Below, piece by piece: positions 38,460-48,626 of a DNA stretch of 64,000 nucleotides; position 1 is the first letter of the stretch, and every line of letters starts with the position of its first letter. The stretch is from a virus, in IMG/VR virus record IMGVR_UViG_3300017725_000001, positions 32,001 through 96,000 of that record; one strand, 5' to 3'. The notes below the pieces were generated by a model that was not told where the DNA came from, made no database searches, and worked only from the letters and a program-made list of their open reading frames with translations. The position numbers and the translations under genes were made by a program.

Positions 38460-38552
38460 TTTATTTCTAACTATACTTACAGTTTACAGTAAGACGTCTT
38501 ATATGTCAACCTTATTCAGCAGAAAAAAACCCTTAAAAATCAAGGACTTACA
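38460..38552 (-). promoter_or_regulatory. Sigma70-type early promoter with palindromic operator-like site
   Basis: TTGACA(38504-09)-17 nt-TAAACT; TAAGACGTCTTA in the spacer. Confidence 0.72.
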
Positions 38553-38573
38553 TCTTTTTTTGTTTTTTGTTGA

Positions 38574-39776
38574 TTATTTTCCGGAAAAATGCTTGAAATT
38601 ATCGTAGTAAAGAGCTAGTGTTGCCCATATAGCATCGGGATAAAGATTAGTATATTTGTTTCCAGTCTTTTTATAGTGTTCCCATACAGTTTCACTCATA
38701 TCCATATCTGTATATTCTTTCCAGAAACTTGTATCGTCTCTGTTAGATAATGCATAGTGATGTAATATGTAATCACTGTTTTCTTTCCAAACTCTGTTGA
38801 TCATTCTATTGTAAGTTTTGGCGTCATATTCGCGTTTTAAGCACTCTACAAGCGTCGTAATACTATATTGTATCATAAACAATGCATTTGATTCTAATGG
38901 GTCAATAAAGCCTTGACTAAGCCCTATAGCAACCGTATTGCCTGCCCATGGATTCTTTAACCAATTAGGATTCCATTTAATATTACGTGGTTGTTTACCC
39001 ATAAATGGTGTTAAGTCTTTTGTATAATCTTTAAACTCTTCTAGTGCATCTTCATTACTAATATGCTTATCACTATAAACATAACCAGTACCAATACGAG
39101 AAGTTAATCCAATTTTAAATTGCCAACCATAATCACGTGCTATACTTCTAGTATATGGAATATGTTCATCTAGCTCAAACGGACAAACCCAAGCACTATT
39201 AACTAAATGCTTTTCATGTATTTCTACTTCAGTTTTATCGTTGACAAATTGTCTACGGAAACCTGTACAATCAATATATAAGTCATACCCCTCTGGTCTT
39301 TTATCAAGTGTTTGTACAATATGTTTTACATTTTTACAATTTTCTTTTACTATACGCCCTGCTTCTTCTGCGTGTAAATGATATGCTACTGCTCTCCAAC
39401 CTTTGGCATCATACAGTTCTTCGTTGATTTGATGTTTTGTAACTTCACCTGCTTTGTACTTCTTATACCAATCTTCAAATACATTATCATCATTAAACCA
39501 AAATGTAAATTTAAATTCATCACCATCTGGTTTATCCCAACCTTGTTTTATATTACCATGTTTGTGTATAGCATCACATTTTGACATCCATGTTTCTTCT
39601 TGCATACCAAAACTATCAAAAAAAGTTTTGATCATAGGAAGTGTACTTTCACCTACGCCAACTATTGGTATATCACTACTTTCAATAAGTGTTATATCAT
39701 AATCTGGAAAGTTATGCTCTATGTAACCAGCGGCCCACCATCCTGTAGTTCCGCCTCCTATGATGCAAATCTTCAT
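38574..39776 (-). CDS. Flavin-dependent (tryptophan-halogenase family) halogenase
   Basis: IIGGGTTG, VGEST, candidate catalytic Lys in AIHKHG, IDCTGF, GWQFKI and FIDPLES. Confidence 0.9.
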   Translation of the reverse strand: MKICIIGGGTTGWWAAGYIEHNFPDYDITLIESSDIPIVGVGESTLPMIKTFFDSFGMQEETWMSKCDAIHKHGNIKQGWDKPDGDEFKFTFWFNDDNVFEDWYKKYKAGEVTKHQINEELYDAKGWRAVAYHLHAEEAGRIVKENCKNVKHIVQTLDKRPEGYDLYIDCTGFRRQFVNDKTEVEIHEKHLVNSAWVCPFELDEHIPYTRSIARDYGWQFKIGLTSRIGTGYVYSDKHISNEDALEEFKDYTKDLTPFMGKQPRNIKWNPNWLKNPWAGNTVAIGLSQGFIDPLESNALFMIQYSITTLVECLKREYDAKTYNRMINRVWKENSDYILHHYALSNRDDTSFWKEYTDMDMSETVWEHYKKTGNKYTNLYPDAIWATLALYYDNFKHFSGK

Positions 39777-39777
39777 A

Positions 39778-40272
39778 TTAATAATTTCCTATACTTTTTA
39801 TTCTTGTCAGATGTCTACCACCTTCAAATTTAGTAGTAAAAAATGCTTCGCATATTTTCTTTGCTTGAGCAAAACTTGTAAAATCTGCACCTAAACATAA
39901 TACATTAGCGTCATTATGTTTACGAGACATTTCTGCTTCTTTTGCACTTCTACATACTACAGACCTTATTAACGGATGCCTGTTAGTTGCTATTGACATA
40001 CCAAAACCAGATCCACATATAAGTATACCTGCATTGTATACTTGCCATCCTGCTTTTATTTTATCTGGTGTTGCATAATCTTTTAAAAAGGTTTCAACTA
40101 CTCTAGGATAGTTAACTTTCTTTTTATCGTCGTATGGTCCAATATCATGAAATAGATCTATATTAAATCTAGTTCCAATATCGCTATCAATTGGTATTAA
40201 CCATTTTGATATTTGATCTTTTAGTTTCATTCCTCTATGGTCTGATCCTATGGATAGACTAATTTGTTTCAT
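39778..40272 (-). CDS. rpiB: Ribose-5-phosphate isomerase B
   Basis: GSDHRG, ICGSGFGMSIA-N, HNDANVLCLG and FEGGRH. Start MKQIS with a GGAG RBS. Confidence 0.92.
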   Translation of the reverse strand: MKQISLSIGSDHRGMKLKDQISKWLIPIDSDIGTRFNIDLFHDIGPYDDKKKVNYPRVVETFLKDYATPDKIKAGWQVYNAGILICGSGFGMSIATNRHPLIRSVVCRSAKEAEMSRKHNDANVLCLGADFTSFAQAKKICEAFFTTKFEGGRHLTRIKSIGNY

Positions 40273-40288
40273 AAAATCTCCTATATGA

Positions 40289-41257
40289 TTATTTAGTGAT
40301 TTGTCTTTCAAATTCACGTAAACGTTTATATACACTTGCAAGTTCAATAATTGTAGGCCATGCTTTAAGTAAATATTGCAACGACCCTTCTACTCTTCCA
40401 AATGCTCTTATTATTTGTTGCATAACGCCAAGTGTTACTACACCTGCAACAATGGCTGGTGCTAAAAATACATAAGCAGATAAAACATTAGCTTGTAAAT
40501 AAGCAATTCTGCCTACATTAAAATATAAGTATCTTATATATGATTTAAAGTGAATTGTTCTAACGTCTGCAAATAATTCATCTATTCTTTTTGGTCTAAC
40601 AGTATCGTCATCTTCTGCTATAACTAGTATCTTTCTATAGGCCGCTTCTTTCTTTTGTAGATCATATTCTACACCCACGAGTCTAAGTAGCCATCCTAGT
40701 CCTATTAAAAATAAAGTGCCTCCAACACTCCATACTATTGCACCTGTAATCAATCCGTACTGCCAATCTCCAAAGAAGAAGATAGGAATACCTACTGATA
40801 GTCCAAATAATATAGGTACAAACTGTACCATAACCATAATTGATTCAATTAAACTTGTACCAAGTGATTCCATTATTCTGGAAAACTTAATAGTATCTTC
40901 TTGAACCCTTTGTGCCGCTCCTTCAATTTTTCTTGCTTTATCATATACTGCATGATACCACTCTACCATTGCAGTTCTCCATCTAAATAAGAAGTGTGCA
41001 GTAAAATAACTTATCACTACTGCTAGTGCGACATATATCATTGCTAGATATATAAAAGTTCCTAAACTAGCCCAATACTCACCTATAGTGATTGCATTAG
41101 GTGTAGCTAGTGCTTTTTGGATCATATCGTAAAATTGGCCAAACCATTCGTTTATTTTGACATCAATTTTAACTTGAACCCATAATGATGATAAAATGAT
41201 TGCTGAACCTATCCAAGCCCATAGTAACCATTTTCTTTCTGTGTAAAATCTAAACAT
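40289..41257 (-). CDS. SbmA/BacA-family peptide transporter
   Basis: INEWFGQFYDMIQKAL, FRWRTAM, IEGAAQRVQEDT, EAAYRK-LV-AED and W-TIIEL-SVYKRLR-FE. Confidence 0.9.
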   Translation of the reverse strand: MFRFYTERKWLLWAWIGSAIILSSLWVQVKIDVKINEWFGQFYDMIQKALATPNAITIGEYWASLGTFIYLAMIYVALAVVISYFTAHFLFRWRTAMVEWYHAVYDKARKIEGAAQRVQEDTIKFSRIMESLGTSLIESIMVMVQFVPILFGLSVGIPIFFFGDWQYGLITGAIVWSVGGTLFLIGLGWLLRLVGVEYDLQKKEAAYRKILVIAEDDDTVRPKRIDELFADVRTIHFKSYIRYLYFNVGRIAYLQANVLSAYVFLAPAIVAGVVTLGVMQQIIRAFGRVEGSLQYLLKAWPTIIELASVYKRLREFERQITK

Positions 41258-41348
41258 ATTGTTTTCCTTATATTATGTGGGTATATAATATTTATCCATA
41301 TCACATTGGGTTCAAAAGGCATAAATACAACATAACAAGGAAAACCAT

Positions 41349-42419
41349 ATGCCACGTTTTACACTATATAAGCCTTATAAAGGTAATGATTACAAATTCA
41401 TGGACAGAACTATACGAGAACAGTTCGATATAGGCGGTACGGCTATACACGTCCATAAGTATTTGGGTCCACAACCTCAACAAGGCAATAATGATCCTAG
41501 TGAGCCGAACTACGGCAGTGGTTTAGAAATAGACAATACAACCGGAGAAGAAATAAATCCAGAAGGTATAATTGATGAAACAAATATTCAAGACTTACTG
41601 TTTATGGAAAATAGAGATCGTAAATATGATCCTGATATTTTTGATCTTCGTGGAGTATATAATGTTAGTGACAATGACTTTGATTTAACTCAATTTGGAT
41701 TATTCTTAACCAACGATACTTTGTTTATAAGTTTTCATATCAATGATATGGTAGAAAAATTAGGTAGAAGATTAATGCCAGGTGATGTTATTGAATTGCC
41801 TCATTTAAGAGATGAACTTTTATTAAGCAACGACAGAGATGCTATTAATAAATTTTATGTAGTTCAAGATGCCGCTAGGGGTAGTGAAGGATTTTCACAG
41901 ACTTGGTATCCACATATTTGGAGAATTAAAGTAGCACCATTAACAGATACACAAGAATACAAAGATATACTTGGTAGTGCTAAAGATCCAGGAAGCCTTA
42001 AAAATAAAGTTAGTGCTTACAAAACAGAACTTAATATCAGTAATGCTATTGTGAAAAGTGCTGAAGAAGCTGATCCATTAGGTTTGCCACTTGCTGAACA
42101 TTTATTTGGCCAAGAAGAAGTTGATAACGAATACAAACACGGTGAAGCTTTACAACAAGGTGACCAGTTTCCAGGAAATCCCAAAGATGGAGAATATTTT
42201 ATTAGAACAGACTTTACTCCTAATAGACTATTTGTAAGACGTGGAAGCAAATGGCATAGATTATATGACAATGTTACTGAACAAACTTGGAGTGATAGAA
42301 CTTACAATGCTAGTAGCTTTATTAATAATAAGGCTACAACAATTATTGACGATCAAGAGTTTCCAGAACGTCAGCCTCTATCCCAAGTTATTAAACCAAA
42401 AAGTGATTTTAACAAATGA
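41349..42419 (+). CDS. Neck protein (T4 gp14-like)
   Basis: IQDLLFMENRDRKYD, DFDLTQFGLF and GRRLMPGDVIELPHL. Confidence 0.8.
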   Translation: MPRFTLYKPYKGNDYKFMDRTIREQFDIGGTAIHVHKYLGPQPQQGNNDPSEPNYGSGLEIDNTTGEEINPEGIIDETNIQDLLFMENRDRKYDPDIFDLRGVYNVSDNDFDLTQFGLFLTNDTLFISFHINDMVEKLGRRLMPGDVIELPHLRDELLLSNDRDAINKFYVVQDAARGSEGFSQTWYPHIWRIKVAPLTDTQEYKDILGSAKDPGSLKNKVSAYKTELNISNAIVKSAEEADPLGLPLAEHLFGQEEVDNEYKHGEALQQGDQFPGNPKDGEYFIRTDFTPNRLFVRRGSKWHRLYDNVTEQTWSDRTYNASSFINNKATTIIDDQEFPERQPLSQVIKPKSDFNK

Positions 42420-43777
42420 GCCAACAATACTTTTATGATAAACAAATAAGAAGATACATTCAACAATTTATAAGATTGTTTAGTGGCTTCAGTGTACAAA
42501 TGGGTAAAAATGAAGAATCAGGTCTTCCAGTATTTCATAAAGTTCCAGTACGTTATGGTGATATAAACAGAATGGCGGCTCACATAACAAGAGAGAACAG
42601 TGAAAACATTATGAATACTGTTCCATTTATAAGTTGTTATGTAACAAATTTAAATTTAGTACCAGAAAGACGTACATATCAAGATCATGTAGATAAAGTT
42701 CAAGTATACGAAAAAAAGTATGACCAAACTACTGGAGAATATAAAAACGAAAAAGGCAATAGCTATACTGTAGAACGTCATGCTCCAGTTCCTTACATAA
42801 TGCAAATGAACGCAGATGTATGGTCATCAAATACAGATCAAAAATTACAGTTACTAGAACAAATGCTTGTTTTATTTAATCCTACATTAGATATTAGAAC
42901 AAATGCTAGTCCACTAGACTGGACTGCGTTATCTCACGTAGAACTTACTAATACTACCTGGAGTACAAGAAGTGTTGGATCAAGTATTGACGATATTATT
43001 GATGTAGCTACAATGTCATTTGATATACCAGTTTATATAAATCCTCCTGCAAAGGTAAAACAACAAAAACTAATTCATACGATTATAAGTGAACTTTATA
43101 ACTTAGATGATGAAAACTTAGATCTATTTAAAGCTGAACAACCATTTAATAACGAAACTTTACAATATACAGTTGTAACATATGAAGATAGAAAAGTAAA
43201 ATATGAAAACAACAACCTTCAACTATTAAATGCTAATGGAAGCAATTTAGATGATGACGGTAATGTATTAGAATGGGCCAAAGAACTTACTCCATTTGGA
43301 GTATTACGACCTGGAATAAGTCAACTAAGACTTAGAAAATCAAAAGATCCAGGTGCTAAAGATGAAGATATTATAGGACGATTAGACGAACATCCAAGTG
43401 ATCCTAATTTACTAATCGTAGATATTGATCCTTCAACTTTACCTACTAATACACTAAATGCCGTAAATGCTATTTTAGATCCATCAATTAATTATCCAGG
43501 CGATGGAACTGTTCCTAGTGCTGTCACTGGACAACGTTACATACTAATTAATCCTATTCCTTCTACACCAATATGGAGTGGGTTAGTAGCTAATAAATAT
43601 GATGTTATTGAATATAACGGTTCAACTTGGAATGTTAGTTTTGATAGCAGTAGTGTAAGTGATACCCAACACGTTACAAACTTATCAAGTAGCGACCAAC
43701 TAGAGTGGAATGGTTCAGAGTGGGTTAATAGTTATGAAGGCGTATATAATGCAGGTTTCTGGAGACTTTACTTATAG
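42416..43777 (+). CDS. Tail sheath stabiliser/terminator (T4 gp15-like)
   Basis: YFYDKQIRRY, KVPVRYGD, PVPY and QKLQLLEQ-LVLFNP. Confidence 0.85.
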   Translation: MSQQYFYDKQIRRYIQQFIRLFSGFSVQMGKNEESGLPVFHKVPVRYGDINRMAAHITRENSENIMNTVPFISCYVTNLNLVPERRTYQDHVDKVQVYEKKYDQTTGEYKNEKGNSYTVERHAPVPYIMQMNADVWSSNTDQKLQLLEQMLVLFNPTLDIRTNASPLDWTALSHVELTNTTWSTRSVGSSIDDIIDVATMSFDIPVYINPPAKVKQQKLIHTIISELYNLDDENLDLFKAEQPFNNETLQYTVVTYEDRKVKYENNNLQLLNANGSNLDDDGNVLEWAKELTPFGVLRPGISQLRLRKSKDPGAKDEDIIGRLDEHPSDPNLLIVDIDPSTLPTNTLNAVNAILDPSINYPGDGTVPSAVTGQRYILINPIPSTPIWSGLVANKYDVIEYNGSTWNVSFDSSSVSDTQHVTNLSSSDQLEWNGSEWVNSYEGVYNAGFWRLYL

Positions 43778-43822
43778 TTGTGATGACCCACACGACGATT
43801 GTTCACATTGGATAACAAAAAT

Positions 43823-44254
43823 ATGATTACAGCCGCAGGATGTATATTTCTTAGCACAGATACAGGAAGAGTTATGCTTCAACACCGTAGTGGTGAAGTT
43901 AACCACCCTAGAACGTGGGGCTTCTTTGGAGGAAAATCAGATAATAATGAAAAACCAATTGATACGTTGTATAGAGAAATTGAAGAAGAACTAGGATTAG
44001 TTCCGGATATTAAAAAAGTTATACCTATTAATAAATTCACAAGTCCTAACAAAAAATTTATATACCATAGTTTTGTTGTAACTGTAGAAGAAGAGTTTAT
44101 TCCTATACTGAATAATGAAAGTGATGGTTATTGTTGGGTTAAAATAGGTAATTGGCCTAGACCATTACACCCTGGTGCTAAAATACAATGTAATTCAAAA
44201 CAATTTATAAAGAAAATAAAAACTGTGTTCGAGCAACACTCTACGAAGTTATAA
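43823..44254 (+). CDS. NUDIX hydrolase
   Basis: Nudix box GGKSDNNEKPIDTLYREIEEELG; LHPG. Confidence 0.9.
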   Translation: MITAAGCIFLSTDTGRVMLQHRSGEVNHPRTWGFFGGKSDNNEKPIDTLYREIEEELGLVPDIKKVIPINKFTSPNKKFIYHSFVVTVEEEFIPILNNESDGYCWVKIGNWPRPLHPGAKIQCNSKQFIKKIKTVFEQHSTKL

Positions 44255-44954
44255 TACCCATTTCTTTTCTAGTAAACATTTCATCTAAGAAAGCATTATA
44301 AACTTCTTCATTATCATTTTTGTGTATTTTATCAAAATCTGGATCAAGTTCCATTATTTCTGATATAGTTCTTATATCTGTGGATAAGCCTAATTGTGTT
44401 ACTGCTTCTTTCCAACCAGCATAACGTTTTAAATCAAAGAAATCTTTTATATTATTATTTTCTATACCAATTTGTTGCATCATTCTATCATCATCAACAT
44501 ACCACGTATAATTTGGAAAGTATATATCCCAACCGCCTACGTGATGCCACCATTCAAAACATTCTTTATCTTTTTCATAAAACGACCACATAGTAGCTTT
44601 TGGAAACATTTGTCTTAGTTGAGGTAAGTGATATGCAAACCAATGACTCTTAATAATCTTCTTTCCTGTATCCCAATCAGCAAACGGTTCTTTAAATTCT
44701 TTTAATACTTCTTCTTTAGATAGTGTGTTAAGTTTATCAAACTTATGTCCATATTGATTATGTGGACCCCAATATGCACCCCTATGCCAACCAATTACTT
44801 TACCTTCTGCATCTCTTTTTTCATAAACACGTCTAGGTGTGTTATCAGTCATATTAATATCTTTACATATAAGACTTAATAAACGTATAACTCCACTCCA
44901 TCTAGAACCTGGAGCTCCTGTTACTATAATTAGATCTTCACCTTGATAATTCAT
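44241..44954 (-). CDS. P-loop protein, sulfotransferase/kinase-like
   Basis: IIVTGAPGSRWSG and IIKSHWF. Confidence 0.6.
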   Translation of the reverse strand: MNYQGEDLIIVTGAPGSRWSGVIRLLSLICKDINMTDNTPRRVYEKRDAEGKVIGWHRGAYWGPHNQYGHKFDKLNTLSKEEVLKEFKEPFADWDTGKKIIKSHWFAYHLPQLRQMFPKATMWSFYEKDKECFEWWHHVGGWDIYFPNYTWYVDDDRMMQQIGIENNNIKDFFDLKRYAGWKEAVTQLGLSTDIRTISEIMELDPDFDKIHKNDNEEVYNAFLDEMFTRKEMGIITS

Positions 44955-45747
44955 TAATAATTTTCTCTGTTAAATATTTGTGTGTTTTTGGACCAGGATG
45001 TGTTTGATCTCTAGCCAGGTCTATCATTTCTTCTTGTGTGTAATATATTGATTTAATATCTTTTGGCTCGTAATCATAAAACCAATGCTTTCGTCTTTCA
45101 TTAGGTTGTAGTATAAAATACTTTGAATTTGGAAATGTTTGTTTTAATGCTAGTTCGAACATTTTAAATATTTTACCATTACTGTTTTTAAAAGTTTCTC
45201 TTACTTCTTTTACTACTTTTGTATCTTTTTCTTTTGGTATCCAATAACGCATAAGCCAATTGGTATCATTTATACCCCAGAAGTCATTTAATATAATATA
45301 CTTTGGATTTAAGTTTGTCAAGTCAAATAACTTATCTGCCATATCTGTAAGAGTATCAAAGTCACTTAAATTGAAATGATCTAATCCAAGTTCTTTTGAA
45401 ACTAAATAAGGTATTGATTTTTCATATGGTAATCCTGTACCAAGTAGTAAACTTGATCCTGCAAATAGTATTCCTATATTGGTTAAATCATCTGGTCCTC
45501 TATATCCATATTTGTTCCATGTATACTCAAAGTCTAATTTTGGATCGTTATCCCAATCAAGTTCTTGTATAGCACCATGTGTAAAATGATCTGATCCACC
45601 TTCACCTACTTTACACTTGTTTCCTGTATCATGTCTTCCGTAATACTTTGTACTAGTATTTGGTTCTCTTATTTGTTTTTCAGGCCTTAGTGTTTGTTTG
45701 TAGTGATATCGTGAGTCTTGTTTATCTGGAAAGTCTTTTTCTATCAT
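44938..45747 (-). CDS. SGNH/GDSL-like hydrolase or acyltransferase
   Basis: YTWNKYGYRG, FAGSS (GxS) and C-terminal ARDQTHPG (DxxH). Confidence 0.7.
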   Translation of the reverse strand: MIEKDFPDKQDSRYHYKQTLRPEKQIREPNTSTKYYGRHDTGNKCKVGEGGSDHFTHGAIQELDWDNDPKLDFEYTWNKYGYRGPDDLTNIGILFAGSSLLLGTGLPYEKSIPYLVSKELGLDHFNLSDFDTLTDMADKLFDLTNLNPKYIILNDFWGINDTNWLMRYWIPKEKDTKVVKEVRETFKNSNGKIFKMFELALKQTFPNSKYFILQPNERRKHWFYDYEPKDIKSIYYTQEEMIDLARDQTHPGPKTHKYLTEKIINELSR

Positions 45748-46697
45748 ACTTTTATAATTCTGTTAGGATCTGGGTTATCAATCATATGTTGTACTTTATC
45801 ACTTACAAAGCCTGTAAATTGAAATGTTACTCTTGGAGTAAATCCAAAGTTGGCTGTACCATGTGGCATATTACACCAATCGTAAGTTATACAAGTACCT
45901 GCTTTATATCCTTGATGGTAAGTGTTACCAAACTGCCATACATGACCATAATCCCAATCTTGTAAATGAACTAGGAATCTTCTTAATTTTAAAGGATTCT
46001 TGTCTGCACCTGCATCAGTCCATACTTTACGCCAACCTGGTCTTGCATATCTCATTTGTTGATCAATATGTATAGGTGTAACTTGTCCTAATTTTTGTAT
46101 ATGCATTCTTGACTGATGTACTTCTACTTCTAATGTATCAATCATTCGTAATAATATTTCATACTCTGGTGCAGGGTTACGTTGAGCATAATAATTCTCT
46201 TCACCTTCTTTAAACCTACTTCTTACAATCATATCATGATACATACTACTTACATCTTCTTTACCAGATGCATTTAGAACGTCTTGTATCTCACCGTCAT
46301 GCAAGTCTTTGTCTTGTTTGCTTAAATTTCTATTTCTATAGTTTCCTATAGTCATTTCTTTTGAATGTTCTACTGCATATCTAACTGCTGGTTCAAAGTC
46401 TCCTTCAAATCTACAAGGTATTACAAAGGTTTCTTCGTTTGGATCTGCAAATGGATCAAAATGCCAATTAGCACGTAATTTATTATGTTCCCATCTACTT
46501 GGAACCCCATCTACTTTAAAGATGTTATCCATCTTCTTATGTTCTTCCATTTGTTCGTCACTATACATTACTTTTTCGTATGACTCGTCTTGTTGCGTTA
46601 CACCTTCTTGTTTTGTATGTTCTGCTTTTTTAACTGCATCAACTAAATCATCAATTTTTTCACCACTATAATAATTTTTATCTGTTTTTTCTTTCAT
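45744..46697 (-). CDS. 2OG-Fe(II) oxygenase
   Basis: TPIHID...MPHGTANFG-TPRVTFQFTG. Confidence 0.8.
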   Translation of the reverse strand: MKEKTDKNYYSGEKIDDLVDAVKKAEHTKQEGVTQQDESYEKVMYSDEQMEEHKKMDNIFKVDGVPSRWEHNKLRANWHFDPFADPNEETFVIPCRFEGDFEPAVRYAVEHSKEMTIGNYRNRNLSKQDKDLHDGEIQDVLNASGKEDVSSMYHDMIVRSRFKEGEENYYAQRNPAPEYEILLRMIDTLEVEVHQSRMHIQKLGQVTPIHIDQQMRYARPGWRKVWTDAGADKNPLKLRRFLVHLQDWDYGHVWQFGNTYHQGYKAGTCITYDWCNMPHGTANFGFTPRVTFQFTGFVSDKVQHMIDNPDPNRIIKV

Positions 46698-47284
46698 TAT
46701 CTTTCCTTACAGTTTGGTAACGAATTTATAATTGTTTTAAGGTTAGCTTCAGTTAAATATAAGCTCATTAATATATGATATATTCCACCTTCCATTGCAA
46801 AACTTCCATGTTGCTTACGAGTATTTAATACATACGGAACACCTGGTTTAAATTCTACACGTCTTTCTTCGTATAAAAAATTCCATTGATGTATTTCTGT
46901 TTTATTAAGTGGAATAAAAATTCTTATTTGTGGATTAAATCTAAATGCGTCTCTGTGCATAGTAAAGAAGCTACCAGCTTCTAATTTTACTGCTCTGCAT
47001 CTAGCTAGGTCTGACCATTGTGTAAAAAAATCATATAATGCAGTACATTTTAATAAGTTTTCATTTACTGGTTGATCTTGCTCGTGTTTATTTTTATCTT
47101 CAAGTCCAAGTCCTTTTTCTGGACCTGTTAAGTTAATACCTTGTTTACCGTTAGGTCCTTTTTCCCATTCTAATCTCTCAAGTTCTTTTATTACTTGATC
47201 TGAATCTAACTTCTGGTTTAATTCTACTATATCGCCATAACTATTCAGTAGGGTTAATAGATTTATTGGATTTATATCGTTCAT
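46697..47284 (-). CDS. AspH-like 2OG-Fe(II) oxygenase
   Basis: FFTMHRD...RIFIPL...LNTRKQHG. Confidence 0.8.
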   Translation of the reverse strand: MNDINPINLLTLLNSYGDIVELNQKLDSDQVIKELERLEWEKGPNGKQGINLTGPEKGLGLEDKNKHEQDQPVNENLLKCTALYDFFTQWSDLARCRAVKLEAGSFFTMHRDAFRFNPQIRIFIPLNKTEIHQWNFLYEERRVEFKPGVPYVLNTRKQHGSFAMEGGIYHILMSLYLTEANLKTIINSLPNCKER

Positions 47285-47534
47285 TTTTTGGTATCTCTCT
47301 TAATTTGTCCATTTTAGCAATATGTTCTATTCTCATAATTTGATGATACATTTTAATAACACCTTTAGGTGCATCTGCCTTCCATATCCAAGGAAATAAT
47401 CCGTGTACTAAACTTTTAAATGCTATTACTAATAAAGACCATGTATTTTGAATACTATGCCACAAGTGATAAAAGTAGCCCCAACCTGTTTCTACTTTTA
47501 AATGATGAATTGCATTTCGAAACCATTGTGTCAT
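47241..47534 (-). CDS. DUF6356-like small protein
   Basis: HL-ETGWGYF-HL...LVHGLFPW. Confidence 0.6.
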   Translation of the reverse strand: MTQWFRNAIHHLKVETGWGYFYHLWHSIQNTWSLLVIAFKSLVHGLFPWIWKADAPKGVIKMYHQIMRIEHIAKMDKLREIPKNERYKSNKSINPTE

Positions 47535-48626
47535 TTACTGGTCAGTGACCCTCTTTTTCATACTAGCAACAAATTGTTCACGTAACCATTCAAAGTCATT
47601 AATTTTAGTTAATGCTTCGTTATCGTCTTTGTTTGCTATTCCATATTCCTTGCCTTCTAATGCACCTTTTAAACAGTAACGACCAAAACGAGCTCCAACA
47701 TCTGTGGTACACCATGTTTCTAATCTTTCATCTGTTTCTTTTTGTTTTTGGTTAGGATTAACTGAACTTGCTAGTTTAACACATTCACGGAATGCACTAC
47801 GCCATGTTCTATATGGATCTTTATTAAATCTTGTAATGTTTGATACATCTGCAATAGGTTGATAAAAACTTGCACCAGTTGTATAATCTGGTAATTCGTG
47901 CCCTAGCTCTAATAATTGAACTTTTGGAAATAATTTAACACCACCATATCCATACTCTAATCCATTTACTGGATTTCTAGCACTCCATACATATGTTGTA
48001 TTTTTTCTTTTACTCATTGGTGGAATATAGTCAAAACTAAAGTCACCCATAATGTCTGCATCTGCATCAACAATATAAACCATTTCAGTTTTTGCTAATT
48101 CACCTACACGTTTATGAGCATTACCAATACCTTCAACGTTCTTTACGTGTTGTGCATCTTTAAATCTGTTTTTTAACTTTTGAAAATTCTCATCTGCTTC
48201 AGCTTCGTGGTAACTAATCATAAAGATATCAAATTCTGCAACGTGAAAACTTGCTACCAATTTATTTTCTACCTCACCATGAGAAACTCCGTTAGTAGGA
48301 ACTAATCTAACATCTCCCCAACTTACTGGTCTGTTTGTTCTTTTAACTACTCTAGGAAACGTGTGAATAACTTTTTTACCTAAATCACTTGGCCTATAGT
48401 GCCAAGGAAATTTTGGGTTAACTTCAATTTCATCAAACACAACCCAAGCCATGTCTGCTTCATCTTTATACTTTTTTGCTAAATCTAAAATATCGTCTTC
48501 ATCTTTTAATCTTATTGGTGTTTTAATAATTGGGTAACTTCCAAACATAAATTTTTTGAGTCTATCCCAAGGTGTGACAACGTTCTGTCCTGTAAATTCT
48601 CTTTGGTTATTTTTTATATTAATCAT
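47535..48626 (-). CDS. GT-A-fold glycosyltransferase
   Basis: DIFMISYHE, YIVDADA (DxD), YGYGGVKLF and WRSAFRECVKL. Likely start MINIK. Confidence 0.8.
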   Translation of the reverse strand: MINIKNNQREFTGQNVVTPWDRLKKFMFGSYPIIKTPIRLKDEDDILDLAKKYKDEADMAWVVFDEIEVNPKFPWHYRPSDLGKKVIHTFPRVVKRTNRPVSWGDVRLVPTNGVSHGEVENKLVASFHVAEFDIFMISYHEAEADENFQKLKNRFKDAQHVKNVEGIGNAHKRVGELAKTEMVYIVDADADIMGDFSFDYIPPMSKRKNTTYVWSARNPVNGLEYGYGGVKLFPKVQLLELGHELPDYTTGASFYQPIADVSNITRFNKDPYRTWRSAFRECVKLASSVNPNQKQKETDERLETWCTTDVGARFGRYCLKGALEGKEYGIANKDDNEALTKINDFEWLREQFVASMKKRVTDQ

